Part shown: positions 8,847-16,268 of the stretch, in pieces
Position numbering within the stretch: the stretch's first letter is position 1
How the letters are laid out: each line of letters starts with the position of its first letter
Source: an uncultured virus (IMG/VR IMGVR_UViG_3300035698_029539)
Taxonomy: Duplodnaviria; Heunggongvirae; Uroviricota; Caudoviricetes
Virus record (IMG/VR): IMGVR_UViG_3300035698_029539
DNA: 20,000 nucleotides
Strand: one strand, 5' to 3'
The notes under the pieces: generated by a model
The model's database searches: none
The model's input: the letters and a program-made list of their open reading frames with translations, nothing else
Told to the model about the DNA's origin: nothing
Translations under genes and position numbers: made by a program

Positions 8847-8875
8847 CCTATATTGTATAGCTGAGTATATAATAC
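8847..8875 (-). promoter_or_regulatory. Conserved bipartite promoter-like motif, copy 2 (GTATTATATAC-TCAGCTATAC-AATATAGG)
   Basis: Fills the short intergenic gap; 10-nt spacer variant. Confidence 0.65.
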
Positions 8876-9472
8876 TTATGATTCAATCCTCTTCAAATCG
8901 AGTTTTTCTTTTACTGCTTTTTGCAAATATCCATTACTATGCATAATTGCCTTTTCCAACAATACAAATGCCTTGATATGTTTCCCCTCAATCATAAGTT
9001 CCCTTACTTTTTCCAAATCACTTTTAAGTCCGCATTCTTTAAAACAAATATCCCAAAGCTTCCAAGACAAATGTTTTCCTGTAGTCTCCATGAAAATAGG
9101 ACGGAATCCATTACGACCTTCATCCTTTCTAAATAAAGCAAGTTCTATTTCCCTTATTAACTTATCATTATATGTCTTAACGGGAAACCATTCGCAATAT
9201 AAATCATGGTCATTCCAATCCGTTATTTTTTCACTATCCATAGCCAAATGTTCTACTTGAACACCCTGCCTTTCTTCACATTCAGCCGATGGGTGAAACA
9301 TAACCTCAATAGGTTCTTTATCAAATCGTCCAATGTTAAATCGTCCATAATTTATGCATGTTACATAGCCTCGTGTACCCTTTTTAACAAAATCCCCATT
9401 CGCAAAATGCAAATCCATGCTCGCTTTAACAAAACGATGGAAATCGTCAACACAATATTTTTTATCACTCAT
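8876..9472 (-). CDS. Hypothetical protein (198 aa)
   Basis: Long ORF overlapping the upstream stop, GGTGA upstream; no recognised motif. Confidence 0.8.
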   Translation of the reverse strand: MSDKKYCVDDFHRFVKASMDLHFANGDFVKKGTRGYVTCINYGRFNIGRFDKEPIEVMFHPSAECEERQGVQVEHLAMDSEKITDWNDHDLYCEWFPVKTYNDKLIREIELALFRKDEGRNGFRPIFMETTGKHLSWKLWDICFKECGLKSDLEKVRELMIEGKHIKAFVLLEKAIMHSNGYLQKAVKEKLDLKRIES

Positions 9473-10286
9473 CCTGTTTCACCTTTTCACCATGACCATC
9501 CCAATGACCATTTTCTTTTCCCCATTTTCGCCACTGGTCAATTATCCTATCAAAGCATTTTATTACCGAATCTTTTTCAACCAAATGACCATAAGGATAC
9601 GGACCCATACCCATATATTTTGCCAAATACTCCAACATTTCCTGGTCTACCGCTTTTGGTATTTCATACTTACAATCAATACTATAACCCTTACCCTTGC
9701 CACCTGGCTCAGTCACATCATAAATAATTCCCGTTGATTCTGCTCTTTTCTTTGCCATCTCCTGTACAGCTTCCAGATTACCAAAAGGCATTTCAAAATC
9801 GTTAATAAAATCAGTATCTATTTCCATTAACTTTTCAACCTTTTTACCCACCCCTAAAAGTACATTCAACTCAGCAGTCCTAAAATAATTAATCATTCTT
9901 TTAGCAGCATCGGACCGTTTATCTTCGTCCATTTTCGCCCATATGGGAATCATTTCCTTTTCATGCTTTTCACTATCTTCAAATACTTTTTCACGTTGTT
10001 CCCGCATTGAATTATTCGTTTCAAAAATTAAAGGACTGAGCATAAACAAAATTGAAAATCCAATAACAGTCACGCCACCAATCATTATATAACCATCATA
10101 CCCACTCATATTTGTCATGCTTTCGTTTACCGATACATTAACCGTTTCACCCGTTACCTCATCCATAAACTCGTGATTTTTCAATTCAACTGACTCATCC
10201 TTGATGGCATACCGTATGCCAACCGCACCCGAAATAAATAATATTATTCCAAATATCACAACCCATTTGTAGTATTTTCTTTCCAT
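9465..10286 (-). CDS. Two-TM membrane protein with sequon-rich loop and soluble C-terminal domain (273 aa)
   Basis: TM1 WVVIFGIILFISGAVGI, TM2 YIMIGGVTVIGFSILFMLSPLI; loop contains NVS/NES/NMS; GGAGGAG SD. Confidence 0.8.
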   Translation of the reverse strand: MERKYYKWVVIFGIILFISGAVGIRYAIKDESVELKNHEFMDEVTGETVNVSVNESMTNMSGYDGYIMIGGVTVIGFSILFMLSPLIFETNNSMREQREKVFEDSEKHEKEMIPIWAKMDEDKRSDAAKRMINYFRTAELNVLLGVGKKVEKLMEIDTDFINDFEMPFGNLEAVQEMAKKRAESTGIIYDVTEPGGKGKGYSIDCKYEIPKAVDQEMLEYLAKYMGMGPYPYGHLVEKDSVIKCFDRIIDQWRKWGKENGHWDGHGEKVKQDE

Positions 10287-10288
10287 CC

Positions 10289-10422
10289 TTACTCCTCCTT
10301 ATTTTGGATATTTTTTATTGGTTCAGCCTCTACCAATTCTATTTCCTGTCCAGTAGCCTCGCTCAATATATTCTCCAATTTTTTATGCTGGTAATCAGCC
10401 AATGGAATCGAAAATATACCAT
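10289..10422 (-). pseudogene. Small ORF apparently split by a 1-nt deletion in a T run (would read MVYFSIPLADYQHKKLENILSEATGQEIELVEAEPIKNIQNKEE)
   Basis: ATG 10422 frame stops after 19 codons; adding one base to the A4 run at 10411-10414 joins it to an open frame ending at TAA 10289. Confidence 0.4.
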
Positions 10423-10423
10423 T

Positions 10424-11875
10424 TCAATCCAATCCCTCCGCAACTTCAACTTTCCATGTAATTCCAAAAGTTTGTTTCAGATATTCCAAGAAACTTTTAT
10501 CCCTACACATCGATTTTCCACTACTATCCGAAATCTTTGCGACCGGTCCCATATCCTCCAAAGTCGCCCCACACATCGTCATTTTTATTACTATCTGTAA
10601 AGCCTTAATACCTAAATCATTGGTAATATTAGTGCCAATTCCAAATGAAACCTTTATCCGCTCATGAAACTCCCGATGCAGTTCTATACATTTTGGAATA
10701 TTCAAACCGTCACTAAATACTGCCGTCTTAGATTTCGGGTCTATTGCAAATCCCTCATAATGAGCTATCAGCTTATTACACCACCATGAAGGGTCGCCTG
10801 AATCATGTCGGCATCCATCATACAGCTTTGAATTGAATAAATCAAAATCTTTCAAAAACGCATCAAATCCAACACAATCCGATAGAGCTATTCCCAAGTC
10901 GCCTCTGTATTCCTGAACCCAGGTTTCCAAAGCGAATTTCTGGCTGTCCCTCAATCTCGTCAACTGCTGAGTCGCCTGAAAGAACTCGTGCGCCATCGTT
11001 CCAATCGGTTTTATCCCGTATTTCATAGCCAGTAATACATTGCTCGTTCCAACAAAATTCCTGGGAACTTCATCAATCAATCGCTGAATAACATATTCCT
11101 GCCACGCCCTGCTCCTTCTCCGCCTCGTTCCGAAATCAACAAATAATAGATAAGCATATCCTATTACCTTTTTAACCCTATCAATTTCCACTCCCTTCCC
11201 TATGGCTGGATATGCCGTCATTTCTATTTCTTTATTGTAAGCTTTTAATAGCTGTATTTTATCTTCCAGTCTTCGCTTTCCCTCTTCCTCATCTACATCC
11301 TGATGCCTGAAATATACCTCGCTTACAATCGCCAAAACGAATACCTCAAAAAGAATTGTATTCAGCCAACTGCCCTTAATAGATATCCTCGCATTTCCAT
11401 CCTTCATATATACACGAATATGCTCACTATCTAACTGGAAATTTCGAAGAAATTCAACATAATCAGCTTTTACAAATCTTAACGTATTCATAAATTTTAA
11501 TTCATTTGGCTGAAATTTCAACGTACAAAGATGGTCTATTTCTGAACGAATCTCATCCATGTAAGGCTCCAATGCAGAGCCACTATAATTCCGTAACTTG
11601 AACTCAAACTCCACCATCGCCCTGGGGAATTTATGTAATACCGTCTGTTGCATCGTAAACTTGTAAAGGTCACAATCCAAAAGAGATTCTATAATCCATT
11701 TCCTATCATCATCGTTCTTCGCCTTGTATAATTCCTCAACCTTATCAGCAAATTTTTCTATATCATTTCCCATCACAAATTTGCCTTCGCTATTATCAAC
11801 ACAAAATTCTTTAAGAAACGCCACCAATTTCGCCCGTTTCTTTTTTCGCATATTTTTATTCATCATTATTTCCAT
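10424..11875 (-). CDS. pncB: Nicotinate phosphoribosyltransferase (PncB type) with ~58-aa N-terminal extension
   Basis: SLLDCDLYKFTM, DFGTRRR, GTSNV, GTMAHE, RHDSGDP, FSDGL, FGIGT, VIKM, PVAKISD. Confidence 0.93.
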   Translation of the reverse strand: MEIMMNKNMRKKKRAKLVAFLKEFCVDNSEGKFVMGNDIEKFADKVEELYKAKNDDDRKWIIESLLDCDLYKFTMQQTVLHKFPRAMVEFEFKLRNYSGSALEPYMDEIRSEIDHLCTLKFQPNELKFMNTLRFVKADYVEFLRNFQLDSEHIRVYMKDGNARISIKGSWLNTILFEVFVLAIVSEVYFRHQDVDEEEGKRRLEDKIQLLKAYNKEIEMTAYPAIGKGVEIDRVKKVIGYAYLLFVDFGTRRRRSRAWQEYVIQRLIDEVPRNFVGTSNVLLAMKYGIKPIGTMAHEFFQATQQLTRLRDSQKFALETWVQEYRGDLGIALSDCVGFDAFLKDFDLFNSKLYDGCRHDSGDPSWWCNKLIAHYEGFAIDPKSKTAVFSDGLNIPKCIELHREFHERIKVSFGIGTNITNDLGIKALQIVIKMTMCGATLEDMGPVAKISDSSGKSMCRDKSFLEYLKQTFGITWKVEVAEGLD

Positions 11876-11877
11876 TT

Positions 11878-12396
11878 TTACACCTTTCCAAAAACGTAAC
11901 CACAGTCAAGACATTGCGTCCTATAATTTCTCGGGTCATTAACGTCATCGTCCGATAGTTCCCCAAACCAAACCGTATTAATTTTAATTGAACCGCATTT
12001 ACATTCATCCACGATTCCTCTGCCATCTGGATAAAGGCCAGTCTCTGCCCTTTTACAAAGCGGACACACCAATTCACTTCCGCTTATAGGATACCCAATA
12101 TCAATCAGGGAAACAGTCTTGTCACAATTTGAACAATATTCCATCGACTCAATATGGTAATTTTTTATTATCCTAAAAGAATCAAAAATCTCCTTTCTAA
12201 TTTTCAATCCTTTATCATCCAGAGGATTTTCAGTTAGACCATATTCTTCCACCAATCGTTTTACAGTACCCAAAACACATCCCTTTATCTTAGCATCATC
12301 AGACCTATGGTCTGAACATATATAATCATGAGAACCAAAAACAACATACTGACCATTCTCATCTACATCCACTTCAACTGTTAGTATTACTTTCAT
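11878..12396 (-). CDS. Multi-zinc-ribbon protein (172 aa)
   Basis: CSNC...CPLC, CKCGS...CLDCG; TAATG overlap with the upstream gene. Confidence 0.75.
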   Translation of the reverse strand: MKVILTVEVDVDENGQYVVFGSHDYICSDHRSDDAKIKGCVLGTVKRLVEEYGLTENPLDDKGLKIRKEIFDSFRIIKNYHIESMEYCSNCDKTVSLIDIGYPISGSELVCPLCKRAETGLYPDGRGIVDECKCGSIKINTVWFGELSDDDVNDPRNYRTQCLDCGYVFGKV

Positions 12397-12557
12397 TATT
12401 CTTCACTCCATCGGTTTTTAAATTCAGTTATGCTCCCCGACCGTACAACCAATTTTAATTTATCAGATTTTAAATTATCAATCGTTATGGCCTCGCCCTT
12501 AACCAAACGGTCCATCTCATCCAAATGTATCGCAAAAGTCGTTGTACCAACATGCAT
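12396..12557 (-). CDS. Small hypothetical protein (53 aa, MHVGTTTFAIHL...)
   Basis: ATG 12557 lies just after the upstream stop, avoiding the overlap in the ORF-track call 12396..12602. Confidence 0.55.
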   Translation of the reverse strand: MHVGTTTFAIHLDEMDRLVKGEAITIDNLKSDKLKLVVRSGSITEFKNRWSEE

Positions 12558-12559
12558 GT

Positions 12560-12793
12560 TCAATACCGCCCTAACACCTCTTCCGCATGAACAGTGCCGC
12601 ATTCAGGACAAATATACAATCCAATCTGAACATCATCCTCACTATAATATCCATCATCCTTATCCCTTGGCGCACTGAAACCACTGGTAACACCAGAATA
12701 TATAAATCTAAAATCTTTACCGTCAGGATTAATAGATTCTTCCGAATCAACATAATCTATTTCCTTTTCGTATCCACACGCACCGCATTTCAA
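12560..12793 (-). CDS. Small zinc-ribbon protein (77 aa)
   Basis: CGACG...CPECG; TTGA overlap with the upstream stop. Confidence 0.7.
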   Translation of the reverse strand: MKCGACGYEKEIDYVDSEESINPDGKDFRFIYSGVTSGFSAPRDKDDGYYSEDDVQIGLYICPECGTVHAEEVLGRY

Positions 12794-12945
12794 TCCATCA
12801 GCCCCAATGTAGATACTTCCGTTTCAGATAATTCAAATCCATCGCCAATCATTGCCTCAGTTAATGAACCAACATCCATACACCTCAAATAGCAAAGATT
12901 CTCCCAAAGTCGACGCTCCACAAGTTCTTCGGCTGTTATCAACAT
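12790..12945 (-). CDS. Small hypothetical protein (51 aa, MLITAEELVERRLWENLCYLRC...), below the ORF-track cutoff
   Basis: Hand translation; GAAGTGA SD; directly downstream of promoter copy 3. Confidence 0.65.
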   Translation of the reverse strand: MLITAEELVERRLWENLCYLRCMDVGSLTEAMIGDGFELSETEVSTLGLMD

Positions 12946-12961
12946 TTTATCACTTCTAATA

Positions 12962-12990
12962 CCTATATACCATTGGTAGTATATATAATT
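12962..12990 (-). promoter_or_regulatory. Conserved bipartite promoter-like motif, copy 3 (AATTATATATAC-TACCAATGG-TATATAGG)
   Basis: Flanks identical to copy 1 (AAATTATATATACT...TATATAGGTATT); intergenic. Confidence 0.78.
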
Positions 12991-13818
12991 TTATCTAATT
13001 TCTTCTATTATTGCGCCAGCGACAGAAATAACCGAACAAGGATTATCCAAAGTATCAGTACAGAACAAAACATCATCATGAGGACTCTTCATCCGTGAAT
13101 GGTCATTGTCTAAAATCTTTTGTAATTCCGAAATTAGCTTTCTCGAATATGAACTCGAAGTTAGTTTGATATTCGGATTTAAATGACTGCATACCTCTTC
13201 CGAAAAAAGACCATGAGTACAAGCAACATAGACCTGTCGAGCACCTTGTAAATATATCCTGTGTTTTACAATATAATCATATTCAACACACGCAGCATCA
13301 GCAGCAGTTCTCGCCAGTCCCAAAGCACCCTCGTCAGGAGCTATAATCAAATCAACTCCTTTCTCTACTCGGAAAAATATACCAATATCACGCATGGCTG
13401 AAACAGAAATACATTCACATCCAAACCAATTAACTATTGCCGATTCATGGATATCCACCACAATAACCCTATCAGTGCACAAGCCTATCCGTCTCGCCAT
13501 TCCATGAGCAACTATGGATTCCCCCGGCTTGAAAATCTTGTCCTGTCTACCGTAACCAAAATACGGTATAAGCGTAGTTAGACTCTTGATTTTGAAAGTA
13601 TTTATCGCATCCTGTAGCAAAAACAATTCAATTATATTACGGTCTGGATACGAATTACAAACCAGTAAAACATCCTCGCCATCAAGATTCTCACCTATCC
13701 GTACATAACATTCAGAATCAGGAAAACGAACAATCTCAACTTTGGATTTTTCACATTCCAATCTGTCGCAAATCTCAGTACCCAGTCTTTCCGATGATGT
13801 CCCGCATATTACTTTCAT
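12991..13818 (-). CDS. prs: Ribose-phosphate pyrophosphokinase-like protein (archaeal type) with an in-frame loss of the PRPP/R5P-binding motif
   Basis: FPDSECYVRI, ELFLLQDA, PYFGYGRQDK, VDIH, APDEGA, CTHGLF and TDT are present; the DDxxxTGGT motif is absent (KHRI runs straight into YLQGA). Confidence 0.85.
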   Translation of the reverse strand: MKVICGTSSERLGTEICDRLECEKSKVEIVRFPDSECYVRIGENLDGEDVLLVCNSYPDRNIIELFLLQDAINTFKIKSLTTLIPYFGYGRQDKIFKPGESIVAHGMARRIGLCTDRVIVVDIHESAIVNWFGCECISVSAMRDIGIFFRVEKGVDLIIAPDEGALGLARTAADAACVEYDYIVKHRIYLQGARQVYVACTHGLFSEEVCSHLNPNIKLTSSSYSRKLISELQKILDNDHSRMKSPHDDVLFCTDTLDNPCSVISVAGAIIEEIR

Positions 13819-13822
13819 TGTA

Positions 13823-14305
13823 TCATTTCCAATCTTTTCTTTCTATAATATATTTGCTCAGAAATTTATTAGATATGCTTCTCGTTTTAAGATGTTTTCT
13901 GTCTATATTATCCCATTTTATCCTGATATTTTTAAAAAAACGGTTTACTGAAAAATGTAAATGAGGATAGTTGGCAAATCCTGTTTGCCCACTATATCCA
14001 ATAATATCTCCTTTTTTAACTTTCTGACCCACTTTTACCAAAACACCATTATGTTTTAAATGAGCGTAAGTTGAACTTTCTAAGCCATGTAATATTGTAA
14101 TAAGATTACAAAAAAAACTGTTCTTTTCGCCACCGCCCTTATTATTATATCCTATCGCACGAATTACCTTTCCATTCCTCGCTGCTAAAATTGGAGTCCC
14201 AACTGGCATCTCCCAATCAACAGCAAAAAGGTTTCCATATCGTCGATGGGCCGGAGCAGGTCGCCTTATTATGGTAATCTTGGAATTGAATGGTAAACTA
14301 TACAT
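13823..14305 (-). CDS. M23 family zinc metallopeptidase (160 aa)
   Basis: H...AVD, GTPILAARNGKV, YAHL, VKVGQKVKKGDIIGYSGQTG, PHLHF; GAGGT SD. Confidence 0.9.
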   Translation of the reverse strand: MYSLPFNSKITIIRRPAPAHRRYGNLFAVDWEMPVGTPILAARNGKVIRAIGYNNKGGGEKNSFFCNLITILHGLESSTYAHLKHNGVLVKVGQKVKKGDIIGYSGQTGFANYPHLHFSVNRFFKNIRIKWDNIDRKHLKTRSISNKFLSKYIIERKDWK

Positions 14306-14317
14306 TATTTATCAACC

Positions 14318-14490
14318 TCAGTCATATCGCCATCTGTAGTCAATGATTAAATGAACGAGTATCATCAAAGAAGCCATGCCAAATATAATCACTCCAACAT
14401 AATACAAAAAATATATATTCACATCATCGTCATCAACCAATACTCTTAATGTTGTATTGTTCAACATTACTTCAGTTCCATCACTATTTA
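14318..14490 (-). CDS. Membrane-protein tail or small membrane protein (...MLNNTTLRVLVDDDDVNIYFLYYVGVIIFGMASLMILVHLIIDYRWRYD); 5' end uncertain
   Basis: One TM helix. The ORF-track N-terminus (14491-14560) looks like the antisense shadow of a plus-strand frame. Possible ATG at 14467. Confidence 0.5.
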
Positions 14491-14491
14491 C

Positions 14492-14659
14492 TGTGAAGAG
14501 GTTTATGACGTTGGTGGTAATAGATATGGATATTGGATAGACGACAATAATGGAATGCACGTTACAGTAGAAACAATTGGAACGTGGAGCGTTATAGGAG
14601 TGACTTTTATGCCTTTTGTTGGACTTGGATTTATTGCTATTGGTATTAAAAATTTATAG
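14492..14659 (+). CDS. Membrane-protein tail or small membrane protein (CEEVYDVGGNRYGYWIDDNNGMHVTVETIGTWSVIGVTFMPFVGLGFIAIGIKNL); 5' end uncertain
   Basis: Hand translation: frame open 14450-14659, coding-like from ~14492, C-terminal TM; first ATG only at 14555. Confidence 0.5.
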   Translation, partial: CEEVYDVGGNRYGYWIDDNNGMHVTVETIGTWSVIGVTFMPFVGLGFIAIGIKNL

Positions 14660-14690
14660 TGAAAGAGAAAAAGTATTTAAATTTATAGTG
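14643..14690 (+). promoter_or_regulatory. Putative BRE/TATA (AAAAAGTATTTAAAT) within a direct repeat of AAATTTATAGTG
   Basis: 12-mer at 14650-14661 and 14679-14690, each preceded by GTATT; TATA-like TTTAAAT starts ~26 nt before ATG 14702. Confidence 0.4.
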
Positions 14691-14701
14691 GAGAAATAGA
14701 A

Positions 14702-15433
14702 ATGCCTGATGATTGGGATTATAATAAGGCAATATGCAATAGAAAAAGTATTATTGCGAAGCATATAAATGAGCAGTTGGACCGTTTTAATAAGTATGTT
14801 GAGCATGAGATGAGTTATATTTATAGTGAAAAATTCGATGATGATTTTTATAAATTTTGTTTGCTTTGTTTGGATGGACTGAAACTAAGGAAGGTTATGT
14901 TTGAAAGGACTGAGCATTTGAATAAGTTAAAAAAAATAGATGTTAGAATTAGTAAGATGGAGCGAGTTAAACGTTTGTATGAACAACGAGTTTCTGCTCT
15001 TGAACATTCAATAAGAGATAAGGCTCGAAGGTGGAAATTCAAAATTGGTATATTAGGTGTGAGTTCTACAAACTGTTCCTTGGAAGTAACATGTCCATCT
15101 GATTTGGTGATGGAGGATTATGGAAGTAATGAAATTGTATGTCCAAAATTGGAATTTGTATTTTCTGAGAAAAGAAGTGCGTATGAGATAGTAGTAGGGC
15201 TTGGAAAAAGATTTCGCATGAGTATTATTAAAGAGCCGGAATTGGCATTTGCCTTAAAGCTGGATTCTGAAGAGGTCCAGAAATTTTTGGATGATGTTCG
15301 AAAAAGAGAGAAAGCGGAATTGAAAATCAGACAGGGCAATAAGCGATTGGGAAAAATAAAGGGTCCGCTATTTAAAAATAAAGTAAAAAAGGTCGAAAAA
15401 GACGAAATGATTTTCAGGGAATTGGACATATGA
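14702..15433 (+). CDS. Hypothetical basic, coiled-coil-rich protein (243 aa), C-terminus EMIFRELDI
   Basis: Long ORF, GGAG SD, ATGA overlap with the next gene. Confidence 0.8.
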   Translation: MPDDWDYNKAICNRKSIIAKHINEQLDRFNKYVEHEMSYIYSEKFDDDFYKFCLLCLDGLKLRKVMFERTEHLNKLKKIDVRISKMERVKRLYEQRVSALEHSIRDKARRWKFKIGILGVSSTNCSLEVTCPSDLVMEDYGSNEIVCPKLEFVFSEKRSAYEIVVGLGKRFRMSIIKEPELAFALKLDSEEVQKFLDDVRKREKAELKIRQGNKRLGKIKGPLFKNKVKKVEKDEMIFRELDI

Positions 15434-16182
15434 AATACTATTATAAAATTTTACTTACTGGATTGGTTTTGTGTTCTATATTATTTTCAGCGATAGTTTC
15501 TTATTATGGTACTTATAAGGAACAATCAAATACTCAAGTAATAACGAAAACATCGGATGGATATAGCGTCAGGCTTATGTTGAATAACTTCTTTTCTGAG
15601 ATAGAGGATGAGGATAATGAGGTTGAGTTAGTTAAAGACCGTCTAAAATATGGGATTCTTGAATTTACTTTGGATGATTTGATACATAATACAGAATTGG
15701 TGGATGAGGAAATTGAGGGAAGTTATGAAAATTATGTTACGAATGAAAATGGTGCGACGGTAGGAATTGACATTGAAAAGGTCTGGTGGGAGGATAATGA
15801 TACTCATCATAGTTTTAAGCGACATGAGATACCGTGGGGTACATTTTTCTTGATTGGCGGTATTGTGTGGTTAGTGTTATCTTCGGTCATAATTATATTC
15901 AAGGTGAAAAAAAGAAGAGAATCGGAAAGGGAAATAGAGGTATATGAAATGGATGATGAGGATAAGGACGAAGAATATGTTTCTGAAGAAGATGATTTAT
16001 TTAATGCCTATTATAATAGCCAATATGATGAATATGAAGAAGATGATGATAATGATGATTTGGAAGATTTTGAAGAAATGACGTTGGATGATGCGGTTAA
16101 AAAGGCTAAAGAGGAAAAAGAATTAGATGATTTAGAGTTGGAGGGTGGCTACAGAAAATTGATTTTTCGGGAAAAGTATTAA
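15430..16182 (+). CDS. Two-TM membrane protein with very acidic tail ending YRKLIFREKY (250 aa)
   Basis: TM1 ILLTGLVLCSILFSAIVSYY, TM2 WGTFFLIGGIVWLVLSSVIIIF followed by KVKKRR; D/E-rich tail. Confidence 0.85.
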   Translation: MKYYYKILLTGLVLCSILFSAIVSYYGTYKEQSNTQVITKTSDGYSVRLMLNNFFSEIEDEDNEVELVKDRLKYGILEFTLDDLIHNTELVDEEIEGSYENYVTNENGATVGIDIEKVWWEDNDTHHSFKRHEIPWGTFFLIGGIVWLVLSSVIIIFKVKKRRESEREIEVYEMDDEDKDEEYVSEEDDLFNAYYNSQYDEYEEDDDNDDLEDFEEMTLDDAVKKAKEEKELDDLELEGGYRKLIFREKY

Positions 16183-16203
16183 ATACATTCTTTCGTATAT
16201 AGG
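16176..16203 (+). promoter_or_regulatory. Conserved bipartite promoter-like motif, copy 4 (GTATTAAATAC-ATTCTTTCG-TATATAGG)
   Basis: Begins at the upstream stop; heads the unit containing tfb. Confidence 0.7.
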
Positions 16204-16268
16204 ACTTATAGATTTTTTTATGTTGATTTATGTTTTATTAGATTGTATTTGTGTTGAGGTGATATGAA

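Noticed and set aside
3010..12753. Same-strand alternative-frame ORFs 3010..3228, 11856..12077 and 12571..12753
   Set aside because: Nested in better ORFs that have motifs and coupled starts
432..13951. Plus-strand ORF-track entries left of 14490 (e.g. 3213..3656, 5505..5915, 9206..9727, 10304..10600)
   Set aside because: Antisense shadows of well-supported minus-strand genes; Ser/Ile/Phe-rich, no SD, no motifs
15945..16080. GAT/GAA-rich stretch as a nucleotide tandem repeat
   Set aside because: Imperfect; explained by the Asp/Glu-rich protein tail
16210..16250. T-rich tract as a terminator
   Set aside because: Plausible for the upstream unit, but it lies just downstream of promoter copy 4 and cannot be told apart from a 5' UTR
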